Virus record (IMG/VR): IMGVR_UViG_3300029798_000001
Length of the DNA: 64,000 nt
Source: a virus
Lineage: Duplodnaviria; Caudoviricetes
Strand: one strand, 5' to 3'
The notes beneath the pieces are model-generated. The model saw nothing but the letters and a program-made list of their open reading frames with translations, ran no database searches and had not been told where the DNA came from. Below are positions 27,143-37,375 of the stretch, piece after piece. Position 1 is the stretch's first letter, and every line of letters begins with the position of its first letter. The position numbers and the translations under genes are program-made.

Positions 27143-29293
27143 ATGAGTTTTGTAGATGCACTTTTTGATCGTGAACACGATCGTATCCATGTAGTTGAGC
27201 GCCGAGACGGTGAGCGGGTATACAAAGAATACCCTGCAAATTTTGTATTCTATTATGAAGACCCTCGTGGCAAGTTTCAAAGTATATTTGGCACACCGGT
27301 AAGTCGTTTTAGCTCACGTAACAATAAAGAATTCCGCAAAGAACTTAGGATACAATCAGGCAAGAAATTATTTGAATCTGATATCAATCCTGTATTTCGG
27401 TGCCTTGAAGAAAACTACAAAGGGCAAGACGGTCCAAAACTTAATGTAGCGTTCTTTGACATTGAGGTGGACTTTGATCCTGAGCGCGGATTTAGCCGCC
27501 CAGAGGATCCATTTAATGCTATCACTGCCATTTCAGTTTACCTACAGTGGTTAGAGCAAATGGTCACCTTGGTAATTCCACCTAAGCATATGAGCAAAGA
27601 AACAGCTCAAGAAATTGCCAACGAGTTTGAAAACACAATCATATTCACTGAAGAAGGAGAACTGTTAAAAACATTCCTAGACTTAATCGAAGATGCAGAT
27701 GCATTGTCGGGTTGGAACTCAGAAGGATTTGATATACCGTACACTGTCAACCGTGTAACTCGTATACTAAGTAAAGATGATACCCGCAGGTTTTGCTTAT
27801 GGAATCAATATCCCAAGAAGCGTACATTTGAACGCTTTGGTGCAGAAAACGAAACTTACGATTTGATTGGTCGTGTACATATGGATTATATGCAATTGTA
27901 TCGAAAATATACATATGAAGAACGCCATAGTTACAGTTTAGATGCCATTGCTGAATATGAACTACAAGAAACTAAAACAGTGTTCGAAGGCACACTGGAT
28001 CAATTATACAATCAAAACTTTAAAACATTTATTGAGTATAATCGACAAGATACAATGATTCTTGCCAAGTTAGATAAGAAACTAAAATTTTTAGATCTAG
28101 CCAACACCTTGGCACATGAAAATACTGTGCTATTGCAAACTACTATGGGTGCCGTGGCTGTGACAGAACAGGCCATTATCAATGAGGCACACGAGCGTAG
28201 TATGGTTGTTCCTAATCGTAAGGAACGCTATTCGGATGAAGATACACAAGCGGCCGGTGCCTATGTTGCTTATCCACGCAAGGGTATACATGAGTATGTA
28301 GGATCAATTGATATTAACTCACTATATCCAAGTGCTATTCGTGCGCTTAATATGGGTCCAGAAACTATTGTGGGGCAACTCCGTCCTACAATGACCGATC
28401 GTTATATTGCCGATAAGATGCGTAGTGGAAGTAGTTTTGCCGCAGCGTGGGAAGGCCTGTTTGGATCATTAGAATATGAAGCTGTAATGGCCAGTGAGCG
28501 CGGCACAGAGATTACAGTAGATTGGCAAGGTGGTGAAGATTCTGTACACAGTGCGGCAGAAGTTTGGAAGATGATTTTTGATTCTAACCAACCATGGATG
28601 CTTAGTGCCAACGGTACAATCTTTACCTATGAAAAAGAAGCAATTATTCCGGGATTGTTAAAACGCTGGTACGCCGAGCGGAAAGAAATGCAGTCCAAAC
28701 TTAAAGAATGTAAAAATGCAGAAGACGAAGAATATTGGGATAAACGACAACTCGTTAAAAAGATTAACCTTAACAGTCTCTATGGTGCTATCCTTAACCC
28801 TGGTTGCCGCTTTTTTGATAAGCGCATTGGACAATCTACCACACTAACCGGTCGTGCTATCGCCAAGCACATGGACGCCTATGTAAATGAATGTATCACT
28901 GGCAAGTATGACCATGTAGGCGAATCAATTATTTACGGTGACAGTGTAACCGGCAATACTCTTATTAAGACTGATTCTGGAGAAATAGCTATTGAAGAAT
29001 TATTTAGACAGACTCCTGAACATTGTATTATTGGTGACAAGGAATATGCTACTGGAGCATTGGCCAAAGTTGTGGGATTTAATGCGTATGAAGATTCTCC
29101 TATAATGAGCAATATATCGTACGTAATGCGACACAAAACAAAAAAGAAACTGTACAAAATTACGCTAGAAAATAATAAGTCAGTCACTGTAACCGAAGAT
29201 CATAGTATAATGGTAGATCGTGACGGATTCCTAATGGAAGTAAAACCCAATGACATCTTGGGTAAAGATTTAATTATCAGTCTGAATACATAA
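27143..29293 (+). CDS. Family B DNA polymerase N-terminal half fused to split-intein N-fragment
   Basis: Exonuclease DIE and YNxxxFD-type motifs, SIDINSLYPS, KINLNSLYG, then IYGD followed by intein SVTG...TEDH; TATAAATA at 27060; RBS AAGGAG. Confidence 0.95.
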   Translation: MSFVDALFDREHDRIHVVERRDGERVYKEYPANFVFYYEDPRGKFQSIFGTPVSRFSSRNNKEFRKELRIQSGKKLFESDINPVFRCLEENYKGQDGPKLNVAFFDIEVDFDPERGFSRPEDPFNAITAISVYLQWLEQMVTLVIPPKHMSKETAQEIANEFENTIIFTEEGELLKTFLDLIEDADALSGWNSEGFDIPYTVNRVTRILSKDDTRRFCLWNQYPKKRTFERFGAENETYDLIGRVHMDYMQLYRKYTYEERHSYSLDAIAEYELQETKTVFEGTLDQLYNQNFKTFIEYNRQDTMILAKLDKKLKFLDLANTLAHENTVLLQTTMGAVAVTEQAIINEAHERSMVVPNRKERYSDEDTQAAGAYVAYPRKGIHEYVGSIDINSLYPSAIRALNMGPETIVGQLRPTMTDRYIADKMRSGSSFAAAWEGLFGSLEYEAVMASERGTEITVDWQGGEDSVHSAAEVWKMIFDSNQPWMLSANGTIFTYEKEAIIPGLLKRWYAERKEMQSKLKECKNAEDEEYWDKRQLVKKINLNSLYGAILNPGCRFFDKRIGQSTTLTGRAIAKHMDAYVNECITGKYDHVGESIIYGDSVTGNTLIKTDSGEIAIEELFRQTPEHCIIGDKEYATGALAKVVGFNAYEDSPIMSNISYVMRHKTKKKLYKITLENNKSVTVTEDHSIMVDRDGFLMEVKPNDILGKDLIISLNT
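28943..29293 (+). mobile_element. Split intein N-fragment (116 aa, Ser1)
   Basis: Starts after YGD with SVTGNTLI; block B VTEDHS; ends at a stop codon. Confidence 0.9.
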
Positions 29294-29320
29294 ATACTAT
29301 GAAGATAGGAGTATCATCAT

Positions 29321-30280
29321 ATGCCAACATGTTTAGAGTGCGGGTATTCAGCCCCAAGATTACAGTGGACACACTTCAAATACAAATGTACCGGAAAATT
29401 CAAAAACGGTAATGAGTATATGTCCGCACACCCCGGTAGTGAGATAATAGATCCAGAATTAAAGAAAAAATACGGGTTTACACTTGACTCGGCTGTCAAA
29501 AAGTATGGTGCTGTGGAAGGTCAAAAACGATGGAATGAGTATTGTGATGCGCAGGCAACCACTAATACTTTTGAATACAAACATGAAAAATACGGTTGGA
29601 CCCGTGAACAGTTTGACGAGTACAATTCATCAAGAGCAGTAACCATTGCAAACATGATCAAACGACATGGTGAAGAAATTGGAGTTGCTAAATGGCAAGA
29701 ATATTGCGAACGACAAGGATATACCAATACCAAAGAATATTTTATTGAAAAGTACGGTGCAATCATTGGCGTTAAAAAATATATTGAGGTTAACAAGAAA
29801 AAGAAAAACCCACACGACCCGGTGAGTATTTCTGAAAAATTAGGAATTACCTTGGACGAGGCGGTAGACATTATCTTGTCGAGAGAAAATTCTGGAAGAA
29901 GATATATTAGTAATCTTGAAGAAGAATTTACAAACATGCTTGAAGATAAAGTAGGACCACTTGACTATACCTCAGCTAAACGACCATTTGGCAAATGGTC
30001 TCATTTATTGAATACCTATGTTGTATATGATATAAAACACGGCAATTGCATTATTGAATTCAATGGTGATTACTGGCATGCTAATCCCAACATTTATGCT
30101 GGCACCGCTACAATAAGAGGTGTCCCGGCGGTTGATATATGGCGCCAGAATGTGTTAAAATTACAAACAGCACAGGATTTGGAATTCAAAACCCTAGTGG
30201 TTTGGGAAACAGAATTTCGAAATGATAAAGTTGGAACAATTAATAAGGTAGCAGAATGGATATTACAAGAACAACCGTAA
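29321..30280 (+). mobile_element. Free-standing Vsr-like/PD-(D/E)xK homing endonuclease between the polymerase halves
   Basis: N-terminal CxxC...H zinc finger, repeated KYG..G..(R/K)W.EY units, C-terminal IEFNGDYWH and VVWE; TAAATA at 29291; RBS AGGAG. Confidence 0.85.
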
Positions 30281-30381
30281 AAAGTATTGATTGTCTCGGT
30301 GAGGTGGATGACTATGTGTATGATCTCAGTATAGAAGATCAAGATCCTTATTTTTTTGCCAATGACATATTGGTGCATAAT
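30256..30381 (+). mobile_element. Split intein C-fragment (42 aa, ends HN, +1 = Thr)
   Basis: Block F VYDLSI and block G HN. Confidence 0.9.
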
Positions 30382-31239
30382 ACCGACTCGTGTTATTTCA
30401 CTGCATACCCTGTGTTGCAAAAAGAAATCGAAGCTGGTACAATGTCTTGGTCGAAAGAAATTGCGGTACAATTATATAACTCTATTGCCGACCAAGTTAA
30501 TGATAGCTTTCCAGGATTTATGGAACAAGCATTTCATGTACCTAGAGAAATGGGCGAAGTGATCAAAGGTGGGCGAGAGATTGTCGCAAGTAAAGGGCTG
30601 TTTATTACCAAGAAGCGGTATGCTGTATTGTATTATGATAAAGAAAATAAGCGTGTAGATACCCACGGTAGTCCTGGTAAAGTAAAAGCCATGGGCCTTG
30701 ATTTAAAAAGATCAGATACTCCCAAGGTTATTCAAGAATTTTTAAGCGAGATTCTCGACGAGGTACTCACAGGCTCCACCAGAGATCAGGTTATTGAAAA
30801 GATCCGCGAATTTAAGTATATTTTTAAAGAGAGGCCGGGTTGGGAGAAGGGTAGTCCTAAGCGTGTAAACAACTTAACCAAATATGGTAAGGAAGAAGAA
30901 AGATTAGGCAAAGCCAATATGCCAGGACATGTCCGTGCTGCACTTAATTGGAATAATCTTCGCAGGATGAATGGCGACAAATATAGTTTACAGATTGTTG
31001 ATGGCATGAAAACAATTGTATGTAAACTAAAATCTAATCCACTTGGCTGGACTAGCATTGGTTACCCTACTGACGAAACACATTTGCCACAATGGTTTAA
31101 AGAGTTGCCGTTTGATGACACCGAAATGGAAGCCACTGTAGTTGATCAAAAGCTAGACAATTTATTAAGTGTATTAGAATGGGACTTGGCCAGTGCTACT
31201 AACACTAAAAATATTTTTCAAACATTGTTCGAGTGGTAA
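30256..31239 (+). CDS. Split-intein C-fragment fused to DNA polymerase B C-terminal half
   Basis: VYDLSI...ILVHN then TDS completes YGDTDS; KKRYA motif downstream. Confidence 0.95.
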   Translation: MDITRTTVKSIDCLGEVDDYVYDLSIEDQDPYFFANDILVHNTDSCYFTAYPVLQKEIEAGTMSWSKEIAVQLYNSIADQVNDSFPGFMEQAFHVPREMGEVIKGGREIVASKGLFITKKRYAVLYYDKENKRVDTHGSPGKVKAMGLDLKRSDTPKVIQEFLSEILDEVLTGSTRDQVIEKIREFKYIFKERPGWEKGSPKRVNNLTKYGKEEERLGKANMPGHVRAALNWNNLRRMNGDKYSLQIVDGMKTIVCKLKSNPLGWTSIGYPTDETHLPQWFKELPFDDTEMEATVVDQKLDNLLSVLEWDLASATNTKNIFQTLFEW

Positions 31240-31240
31240 T

Positions 31241-32173
31241 ATGAAACTTAGCAACCTTATTAATTATCGTAATCAGTTAAATGCGTTATCGGCGACATCG
31301 GTATTGGAAACAGCCAATGTTGAGCTTGATAAAGTATTACATCTTGTTGACACCGAACCTGAGTTGATGAGTTTAGTTACCCATGATCTTGATCAACAAT
31401 ATGCAACTATACAACAGGCATTCATTAATTTTGAAACAGACCTTAATAATTTAAAAACCCAACTACAAGTAAAAATTGAAGAGGCAGAACGGCCATGGAT
31501 CCAAGAAGGGTATAATATGTACGACAAAGGAGAAGTAGATTATGTTAATACTATCCTTACTACCCGCAAAGATAATTCAGTAGATTCAACTCCGTTCCGT
31601 GCAAAACTGAATCAATATGCTAACTGGAAATATCCAGCAATGATCATTCGACCCGGCCTAGAAACATTTATTGAAGATATGGTAGCCTACGATCCTCTTT
31701 ACATTGTAGATCTATCCTATGATTTTTTACGACCTGCCATGGATCGATTTAATAAACAATACCAAAATCGACTGAGACTGTATGTTGTTAAAGAAGATCT
31801 TGACGCTGGAATATTAAATAAATTACCCAACGAACAATTTGGTATCTGTCTTGCTTACAATTATTTTAATTTTAGACCATTAGAAATAATTAAAAAATAT
31901 TTAGAAGAAATATATCAAAAACTTAAACCAGGTGGTATTTTTGTGTTTACCTTTAATGACTGTGATCGTCGTAGTGCAGTTGAATTAGTTGAAAACCATT
32001 ATTGTTGTTATACTCCAGGACATATTATTCGAGAATTAATTTCAACTGTAGGTTACGAAATTACCTATTCCTGGAACGACGACGGTCCGAGCACCTGGAT
32101 TGAAATACGAAAACCCGGTGAGCTGGATTCGTTAAAAGGTGGGCAAACCCTAGCAAAAATATTACCAAAGTAG
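31241..32173 (+). CDS. Class I SAM-dependent methyltransferase-like protein
   Basis: C-terminal YNYFNF...LKPGGIFVFT; N-terminal coiled coil. Confidence 0.6.
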   Translation: MKLSNLINYRNQLNALSATSVLETANVELDKVLHLVDTEPELMSLVTHDLDQQYATIQQAFINFETDLNNLKTQLQVKIEEAERPWIQEGYNMYDKGEVDYVNTILTTRKDNSVDSTPFRAKLNQYANWKYPAMIIRPGLETFIEDMVAYDPLYIVDLSYDFLRPAMDRFNKQYQNRLRLYVVKEDLDAGILNKLPNEQFGICLAYNYFNFRPLEIIKKYLEEIYQKLKPGGIFVFTFNDCDRRSAVELVENHYCCYTPGHIIRELISTVGYEITYSWNDDGPSTWIEIRKPGELDSLKGGQTLAKILPK

Positions 32174-32202
32174 TTGCAAAATCTAAATAAACCCTGTACA
32201 AT
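32174..32202 (+). promoter_or_regulatory. Nested sigma70 and late promoter
   Basis: TTGCAA-17-TACAAT with TAAATA (32184) in the spacer. Confidence 0.7.
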
Positions 32203-32222
32203 AAACAAATAAGGAGAATTAC

Positions 32223-32945
32223 ATGAGAGATCACTTACTAGACTTAGTAGAACACACTTACGACTTAGGTTGCATTGACCTAGTTAAAATTACTGGTGAT
32301 GATAAATCTACCGCAATTGCAGGAATATCTGAAGACCGTAGTGTTATTGTCGATGGAACATTTGCTGGCCCCGTGGCAGACTTTATCGGCACTTTTGGTA
32401 TGCCAAATTTAAGTAAATTGAAAATTTTATTAAATTTAGAGCCCTACAGAGAAAATGCCAAACTTGCTATTACACGCAAGGACACAGGTGCATTAGATCA
32501 ACTAACATTTGAAAATGCCACTGGCGATTTTAAAAATAGTTATCGTTTTATGGCAACTGAAGTTATTAACGAAAAGTTAAAAAATGTTAAAATGAAACCA
32601 GTTAACTGGAATTTTGAATTTGAGCCGACTGTTGCGTCTATACAGAGACTAAAAATGCAAGCTAGTGCTAATGCCGAAGAATTAAACTTTAAGGCCAAGA
32701 CAGATGGTACTGATTTGAAATTTTATTTTGGTGATCACTCAACTCATGCAGGTAACTTTGTATTCCAGGCCAGCGTAGGTGGAACACTCAAGCGTGAATG
32801 GGCATGGCCAGTTAAGACAATCATTAGTATTCTTGATTTAACCGGTGACAAAGTTATGCGCATTAGTGATGATGGTATTGCTGAAATCACTGTTGATTCG
32901 GGCCTGGCTGTTTATAGCTATAAGATTCCAGCGCAATCTAAATAA
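32223..32945 (+). CDS. Putative sliding clamp (gp45-like)
   Basis: 240-aa two-domain alpha/beta pattern in the replication cluster; no catalytic motif; call based on size and context. Confidence 0.5.
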   Translation: MRDHLLDLVEHTYDLGCIDLVKITGDDKSTAIAGISEDRSVIVDGTFAGPVADFIGTFGMPNLSKLKILLNLEPYRENAKLAITRKDTGALDQLTFENATGDFKNSYRFMATEVINEKLKNVKMKPVNWNFEFEPTVASIQRLKMQASANAEELNFKAKTDGTDLKFYFGDHSTHAGNFVFQASVGGTLKREWAWPVKTIISILDLTGDKVMRISDDGIAEITVDSGLAVYSYKIPAQSK

Positions 32946-32949
32946 GTTA

Positions 32950-34671
32950 ATGACCCAAGATAACTTAACTGCTAAACAACTCGGACCAGATGGGCAAAGC
33001 CAATATGCCGTTTTTCTCCCGGCCATCAGTGGCTTCTATGCTACTTACATAGGTAAACAGCGTGATCCTGTTAATGGTCCATATGTAGATCCCAAAACCC
33101 GCATGCCCGCTGGTATGAAAGATATGGAAATGATGAACTGGCTTAATAGTTCCAAAGGCCTATTTCCATACAAATGGTCCTTGTACTCGGGTGGCCACGC
33201 CAACTTAGACCTTACTAAGCAAGACTGGTCTGAAGACATGGTTCGTAATTGCGAACCCGGCACAGTCATGTTAGGTGACTCGGGTGGATTCCAGATTGCC
33301 AAAGGCTTATGGGAAGGTGAGTGGCGTGATCCAACTAGCCCTGCGGTGTTAGCAAAGATGGTCGAACTCAAGGCCAACGGGATCGAACATGTGCTAGATC
33401 TTAAACCAGACGGCACCGCAAAGCATGATAAAAATGGCAACAAAAAGTATGCCAAAATTGATCATGTTAAGAACTACCAGAACTTGCTAGATGCCGCACA
33501 GAAGAAACGAGAAGCAGTGGTTAAGTGGTTAGATGGTGTTTCAGATTATGGCATGACCCTAGATATACCAACTTGGGTTATACATGACAAGAATGCCAGC
33601 GACAAGTGTGGTATTACTACACTAGAAGAAGCAGTGGCCGCAACCAAGTATAATAATGATTACTATATGCGTCATCGTAAGGGTGCTCGGAACGGTGGCA
33701 TGAAGGTGTTGAATGTTCTACAAGGTGCTAACCATGCCGATGCTGATCGTTGGTATGATACTATGAAACACTATTGTGATCCTACTGTATATCCAGACAC
33801 ACACTTTGATGGTTGGTCCATGGGCGGTCAGAACATGTGTGATGTGCATTTGGTATTACGCAGACTTGTGGCACTACGGCATGATGGATTACTTAAAGAA
33901 GGTGTCCATGATTGGATGCACTTCCTAGGCACAAGTAAATTAGAATGGGCAGTATTACTCACAGACATTCAACGAGCTGTTCGCAAGTATGTTAACCCAA
34001 GTTTTACTATTAGTTTTGACTGTGCTAGTCCATTCCTTGCTACTGCCAATGGACAAGTGTATCACCACATTGATCTGCCACACAACGACAAATGGTGTTA
34101 TCGTATGAGTCCTATTGCTGATGATAAAAAGTATAGCACAGACACACGCCCATATGGTCAAGCGGTGGTGGCAGATGGATTGGTTGATCACTTTGATGAA
34201 AGTCCAATTAGTCTACAGTTACAAATGAAAGATGTTTGTTATTACCAACCCGGCATGTTAAACAAAATTGGCAAAGAAGGTAAGACATCGTGGGATAGTT
34301 TTAGTTACGCATTATTAATGGGCCATAATGTTTGGATGCACCTAGAAGCGGTTCAGCGGGCCAATCGTGAATATGATAACGGATCATATCCTGCTATGAT
34401 GTGGGATCAAAACGGTGATCATACACGATTTAAAGATATAGTTGAAGCTATTTTTGCTACTCCAGATCGTGCGGAAGCCGAAGCCATTATCGAAAGTTAT
34501 GACCGCTACTGGATGGACATTGTAGGTACTCGTGGGTTCAAAGGTAAGAAAGCCAAAAATGCACACAGCCAATTTAATGCATTGTTTGACGAAGTCGCTC
34601 CGGCACACGGCGAAAGTGAAGACGAAATAGAATTTGACGAATCAAAATTAAATAATTTAGAGGCCCTATGA
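32950..34671 (+). CDS. TGT-fold transglycosylase, DpdA-like
   Basis: DSGGFQI, TLDIP, VLQG, SMGG, HFLG and SFDCASP motifs of the tRNA-guanine transglycosylase barrel, with insertions. Confidence 0.75.
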   Translation: MTQDNLTAKQLGPDGQSQYAVFLPAISGFYATYIGKQRDPVNGPYVDPKTRMPAGMKDMEMMNWLNSSKGLFPYKWSLYSGGHANLDLTKQDWSEDMVRNCEPGTVMLGDSGGFQIAKGLWEGEWRDPTSPAVLAKMVELKANGIEHVLDLKPDGTAKHDKNGNKKYAKIDHVKNYQNLLDAAQKKREAVVKWLDGVSDYGMTLDIPTWVIHDKNASDKCGITTLEEAVAATKYNNDYYMRHRKGARNGGMKVLNVLQGANHADADRWYDTMKHYCDPTVYPDTHFDGWSMGGQNMCDVHLVLRRLVALRHDGLLKEGVHDWMHFLGTSKLEWAVLLTDIQRAVRKYVNPSFTISFDCASPFLATANGQVYHHIDLPHNDKWCYRMSPIADDKKYSTDTRPYGQAVVADGLVDHFDESPISLQLQMKDVCYYQPGMLNKIGKEGKTSWDSFSYALLMGHNVWMHLEAVQRANREYDNGSYPAMMWDQNGDHTRFKDIVEAIFATPDRAEAEAIIESYDRYWMDIVGTRGFKGKKAKNAHSQFNALFDEVAPAHGESEDEIEFDESKLNNLEAL

Positions 34672-34874
34672 ATACCCATTTAGAACATAGATTAACGCAT
34701 TTAGAAAAAGAACATGTACAGTTAGATAAGCGTATTGATGGGTTAGAAGCAACCGGTGTGTTTGACGATACTGTTTTAGAAGTTTTGAAGAAGCAACGGT
34801 TGCATATTAAAGACGAAATTGTTAAAATTAAACTTAAGATGGCCTATGATACCGGTGCTAACGAAAGTGACTAA
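34668..34874 (+). CDS. DUF465/YdcH-like small coiled-coil protein
   Basis: LEKEHVQLDKRI...LKKQRLHIKDEI. Confidence 0.7.
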   Translation: MNTHLEHRLTHLEKEHVQLDKRIDGLEATGVFDDTVLEVLKKQRLHIKDEIVKIKLKMAYDTGANESD

Positions 34875-35939
34875 TTGAACCGCAAAAACTTTTGTGCTGC
34901 TCCGTGGGCTGGACTTAGCTTAGATCCAGATGGTCAAGCTAAACTTTGTTGTATTAGTCAAGATCGAGTTCCATTGCAGGAGTTTGGTCATGCAAAATCT
35001 TTGTCTAAGTTTGTAGAAATTCGGCAGGCGTTTATTAACGACCAACAACACACAAATTGTAGTGCTTGCTGGCAACGCGAAGAAGTTAATACTAATTGGG
35101 AAAGTCGTCGTAGCATTTATCAACATGATGATTTTCATCATAATCTCAATTCGGCCACAGATTTTCAACTTGAACATTTAGATTTGCGCTGGAGCAATAC
35201 TTGTAATCTTAATTGTGTGTATTGCAGTTCAACTTTCAGTAGTCGATGGGCTGAATTACAAGGAAAAAAACAAAGTTTTAAAATATCCCCCACAGTGACA
35301 GATTTGGATTTGGCCAATCTTAAAATATTACAACTGGCAGGTGGTGAGCCTTTGTTGATTAAAGAAAATCTAGGTATATTGGAACGTTTAAATAAAGTAA
35401 ATCCTAATGTTAGTATCGAAGTCACAACCAATCTGACCATGATCAACAATAATCGTATCTATGATAATTTAAAGCAGTTTGATAATGTGACTTGGATAGT
35501 CAGTTTTGAATCAACTGAGAAACGGTTTGAATACATTAGAAATGGTGCTAGGTGGGATGACTTTTATAATAATTTAAATAAGTTGGCCATGGATTTTATG
35601 GACATACAAGTAACTATGGTTTATTTTCCACTAAGTGGGTTAGGCATTACTAATGCAATACAAGTGGCGTTGGAATTTACTTCTCCGGATAATGTGTTTT
35701 TGGTCAGTCAATCTGGAGGACACGGATTTGACAATCTAAGTCGCTCTGCGTTACAATACATAAAACAACATAATTTAGACCAACTAATACAGTTACCCGA
35801 TATTTTACAGACACGTTTACAAGATCAAATATTATCTGCTACAACGCAACAGACCGAAACACTATTACCGTTGTATGATAAATTTGATCAGCTTATTAAC
35901 CAAAATCACCGTTTACTTTTCTCGGAGTTATATGAATAG
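34875..35939 (+). CDS. Radical SAM protein with Cys-rich N-terminal (SPASM/twitch-like) region
   Basis: SNTCNLNCVYC (CxxxCxxC), AGGEPLL; TTG start. Confidence 0.85.
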   Translation: MNRKNFCAAPWAGLSLDPDGQAKLCCISQDRVPLQEFGHAKSLSKFVEIRQAFINDQQHTNCSACWQREEVNTNWESRRSIYQHDDFHHNLNSATDFQLEHLDLRWSNTCNLNCVYCSSTFSSRWAELQGKKQSFKISPTVTDLDLANLKILQLAGGEPLLIKENLGILERLNKVNPNVSIEVTTNLTMINNNRIYDNLKQFDNVTWIVSFESTEKRFEYIRNGARWDDFYNNLNKLAMDFMDIQVTMVYFPLSGLGITNAIQVALEFTSPDNVFLVSQSGGHGFDNLSRSALQYIKQHNLDQLIQLPDILQTRLQDQILSATTQQTETLLPLYDKFDQLINQNHRLLFSELYE

Positions 35940-36447
35940 AGCAGGACATGAAGAAATAAGTTTCTTTATAGGAACTGAAGTAGAGCACACCATTGCGTTT
36001 GGTCTGAAGACCTTGTTTGTGGTAGGCCTACAAGACGCACAGATCGTCCAACAAGAAGCTAAAAACAACAAGTGTGAGCATATCTATTTTGGTGCTGACC
36101 AAAGTTTTCCAGCCTTAGACAAGAATGATGGTGATGCTTGGCAGGAATGGGAATACATGGTGCAGTCATGCTTGGAGGCAGGATGGTTATGCACTCTTGA
36201 CCTAGATCATGCACAGGCAGAAGGCCTATTAGAATCCGGCCTAGTAGAGTTCCATAATTTTGTTCCAATGATCAGTGTCAAACTTCCCTATATAAAACAG
36301 TTTGGATACCATGCCACTCTTAAAATTGATGATAGAGATTTCGCGGCAACAAACCCAGGCGTGTGGTGTCACAGCCTACACGACTTACAAAATAAAGAAG
36401 TGTTTACTGACTGGTCTAAATATACCAAGGACGAAGTGATACAATGA
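35932..36447 (+). CDS. Hypothetical protein in the modification cluster
   Basis: Likely start ATG 35932 behind GGAG. Confidence 0.6.
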   Translation: MNRAGHEEISFFIGTEVEHTIAFGLKTLFVVGLQDAQIVQQEAKNNKCEHIYFGADQSFPALDKNDGDAWQEWEYMVQSCLEAGWLCTLDLDHAQAEGLLESGLVEFHNFVPMISVKLPYIKQFGYHATLKIDDRDFAATNPGVWCHSLHDLQNKEVFTDWSKYTKDEVIQ

Positions 36448-37028
36448 AGAATCCTACAAAAGTTAAAGTTTTTAAACTTGCCGGTCAATTGATCGGGCAA
36501 GAATTACCTACTAATCAAGGCGGACATGCCGGTCGTGCCGCTGAAGATTTGGTCGAACAATTACTAGGCATGTCTCTTAACAGAGGTAAAGGCACTGATG
36601 TTAAAATCTGGGGCTGGGAAATTAAAACTAGAAAACGTACAGCCACCAGTGCGCAAACAGTATGCACCGTAAGTACAAATGATGTTAAGATATTACCATA
36701 CAAACTAAGTCCAGTGTATGAAAAATTCCAACAACAGTTAAGGATTTATACTAATGCATTAGACATAATCGACGAAGCAATAGTAGTCGACTTTGATCAA
36801 CCTCACATACAAGATTTAATTGAAAAAGCATACGAGCATGGTAGGAAACAGATTATTAACAATCCTGATATAGGATATACTGAATATTCTGGCCACTGGG
36901 GATACTTTGAACAATGTCATTTACCAAATTCCACAGCATACTCTTTTAGGATTAGCGGTGCTGATATGGACAAGTTAGAAGATATGGCACAATCTACATA
37001 CAATGAATTATTTGAGGAGGCAGAATAA
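36444..37028 (+). CDS. PD-(D/E)xK restriction-endonuclease-like nuclease
   Basis: GRAAE...GTD...WEIKT pattern, similar to the MutH/Sau3AI/NaeI-type core. Confidence 0.55.
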   Translation: MKNPTKVKVFKLAGQLIGQELPTNQGGHAGRAAEDLVEQLLGMSLNRGKGTDVKIWGWEIKTRKRTATSAQTVCTVSTNDVKILPYKLSPVYEKFQQQLRIYTNALDIIDEAIVVDFDQPHIQDLIEKAYEHGRKQIINNPDIGYTEYSGHWGYFEQCHLPNSTAYSFRISGADMDKLEDMAQSTYNELFEEAE

Positions 37029-37375
37029 TGAGAAATTGGTTAAGACAGAAATTAATTAATATATTAATAGACGATGGCTCAGAGCCCGAGAAGAATGCCC
37101 GGCAACGACCTGCCACAATAAATCGTGCAAATCGAGGTAGTGGTAGTATTAGTGTTTGCTTGGATAACGGAGTTGATGATAGCCCAAGTGGAATTGATCT
37201 TCCGGATCCTATTGTGTTTAAGGTACAGGCAGTATCTGGAGGAACAGTGGTAGAAACTAAGTGGTACGACTACAAAAAAGACGAGCAACGGGTTAAACTG
37301 CATATCATCACCCAAGAGGAAAACTTATCCGAATCTATTGGTAAAATTGTAACTATGGAACTACTACAAAAATGA
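37028..37375 (+). CDS. Hypothetical protein
   Basis: Coupled ORF. Confidence 0.6.
   Translation: MRNWLRQKLINILIDDGSEPEKNARQRPATINRANRGSGSISVCLDNGVDDSPSGIDLPDPIVFKVQAVSGGTVVETKWYDYKKDEQRVKLHIITQEENLSESIGKIVTMELLQK

Noticed and set aside
29293-30256. Polymerase break as a frameshift or assembly error
   Set aside because: Both halves end or start with well-formed intein blocks, and the gap holds an intact ORF with its own promoter and RBS.
32950-34671. Calling the TGT-fold gene a queuine tRNA transglycosylase (tgt)
   Set aside because: It is much longer than canonical Tgt, lacks an obvious C-terminal CxCxxC zinc site, and sits beside replication genes. A DNA-acting role is preferred, but tRNA activity is not excluded.
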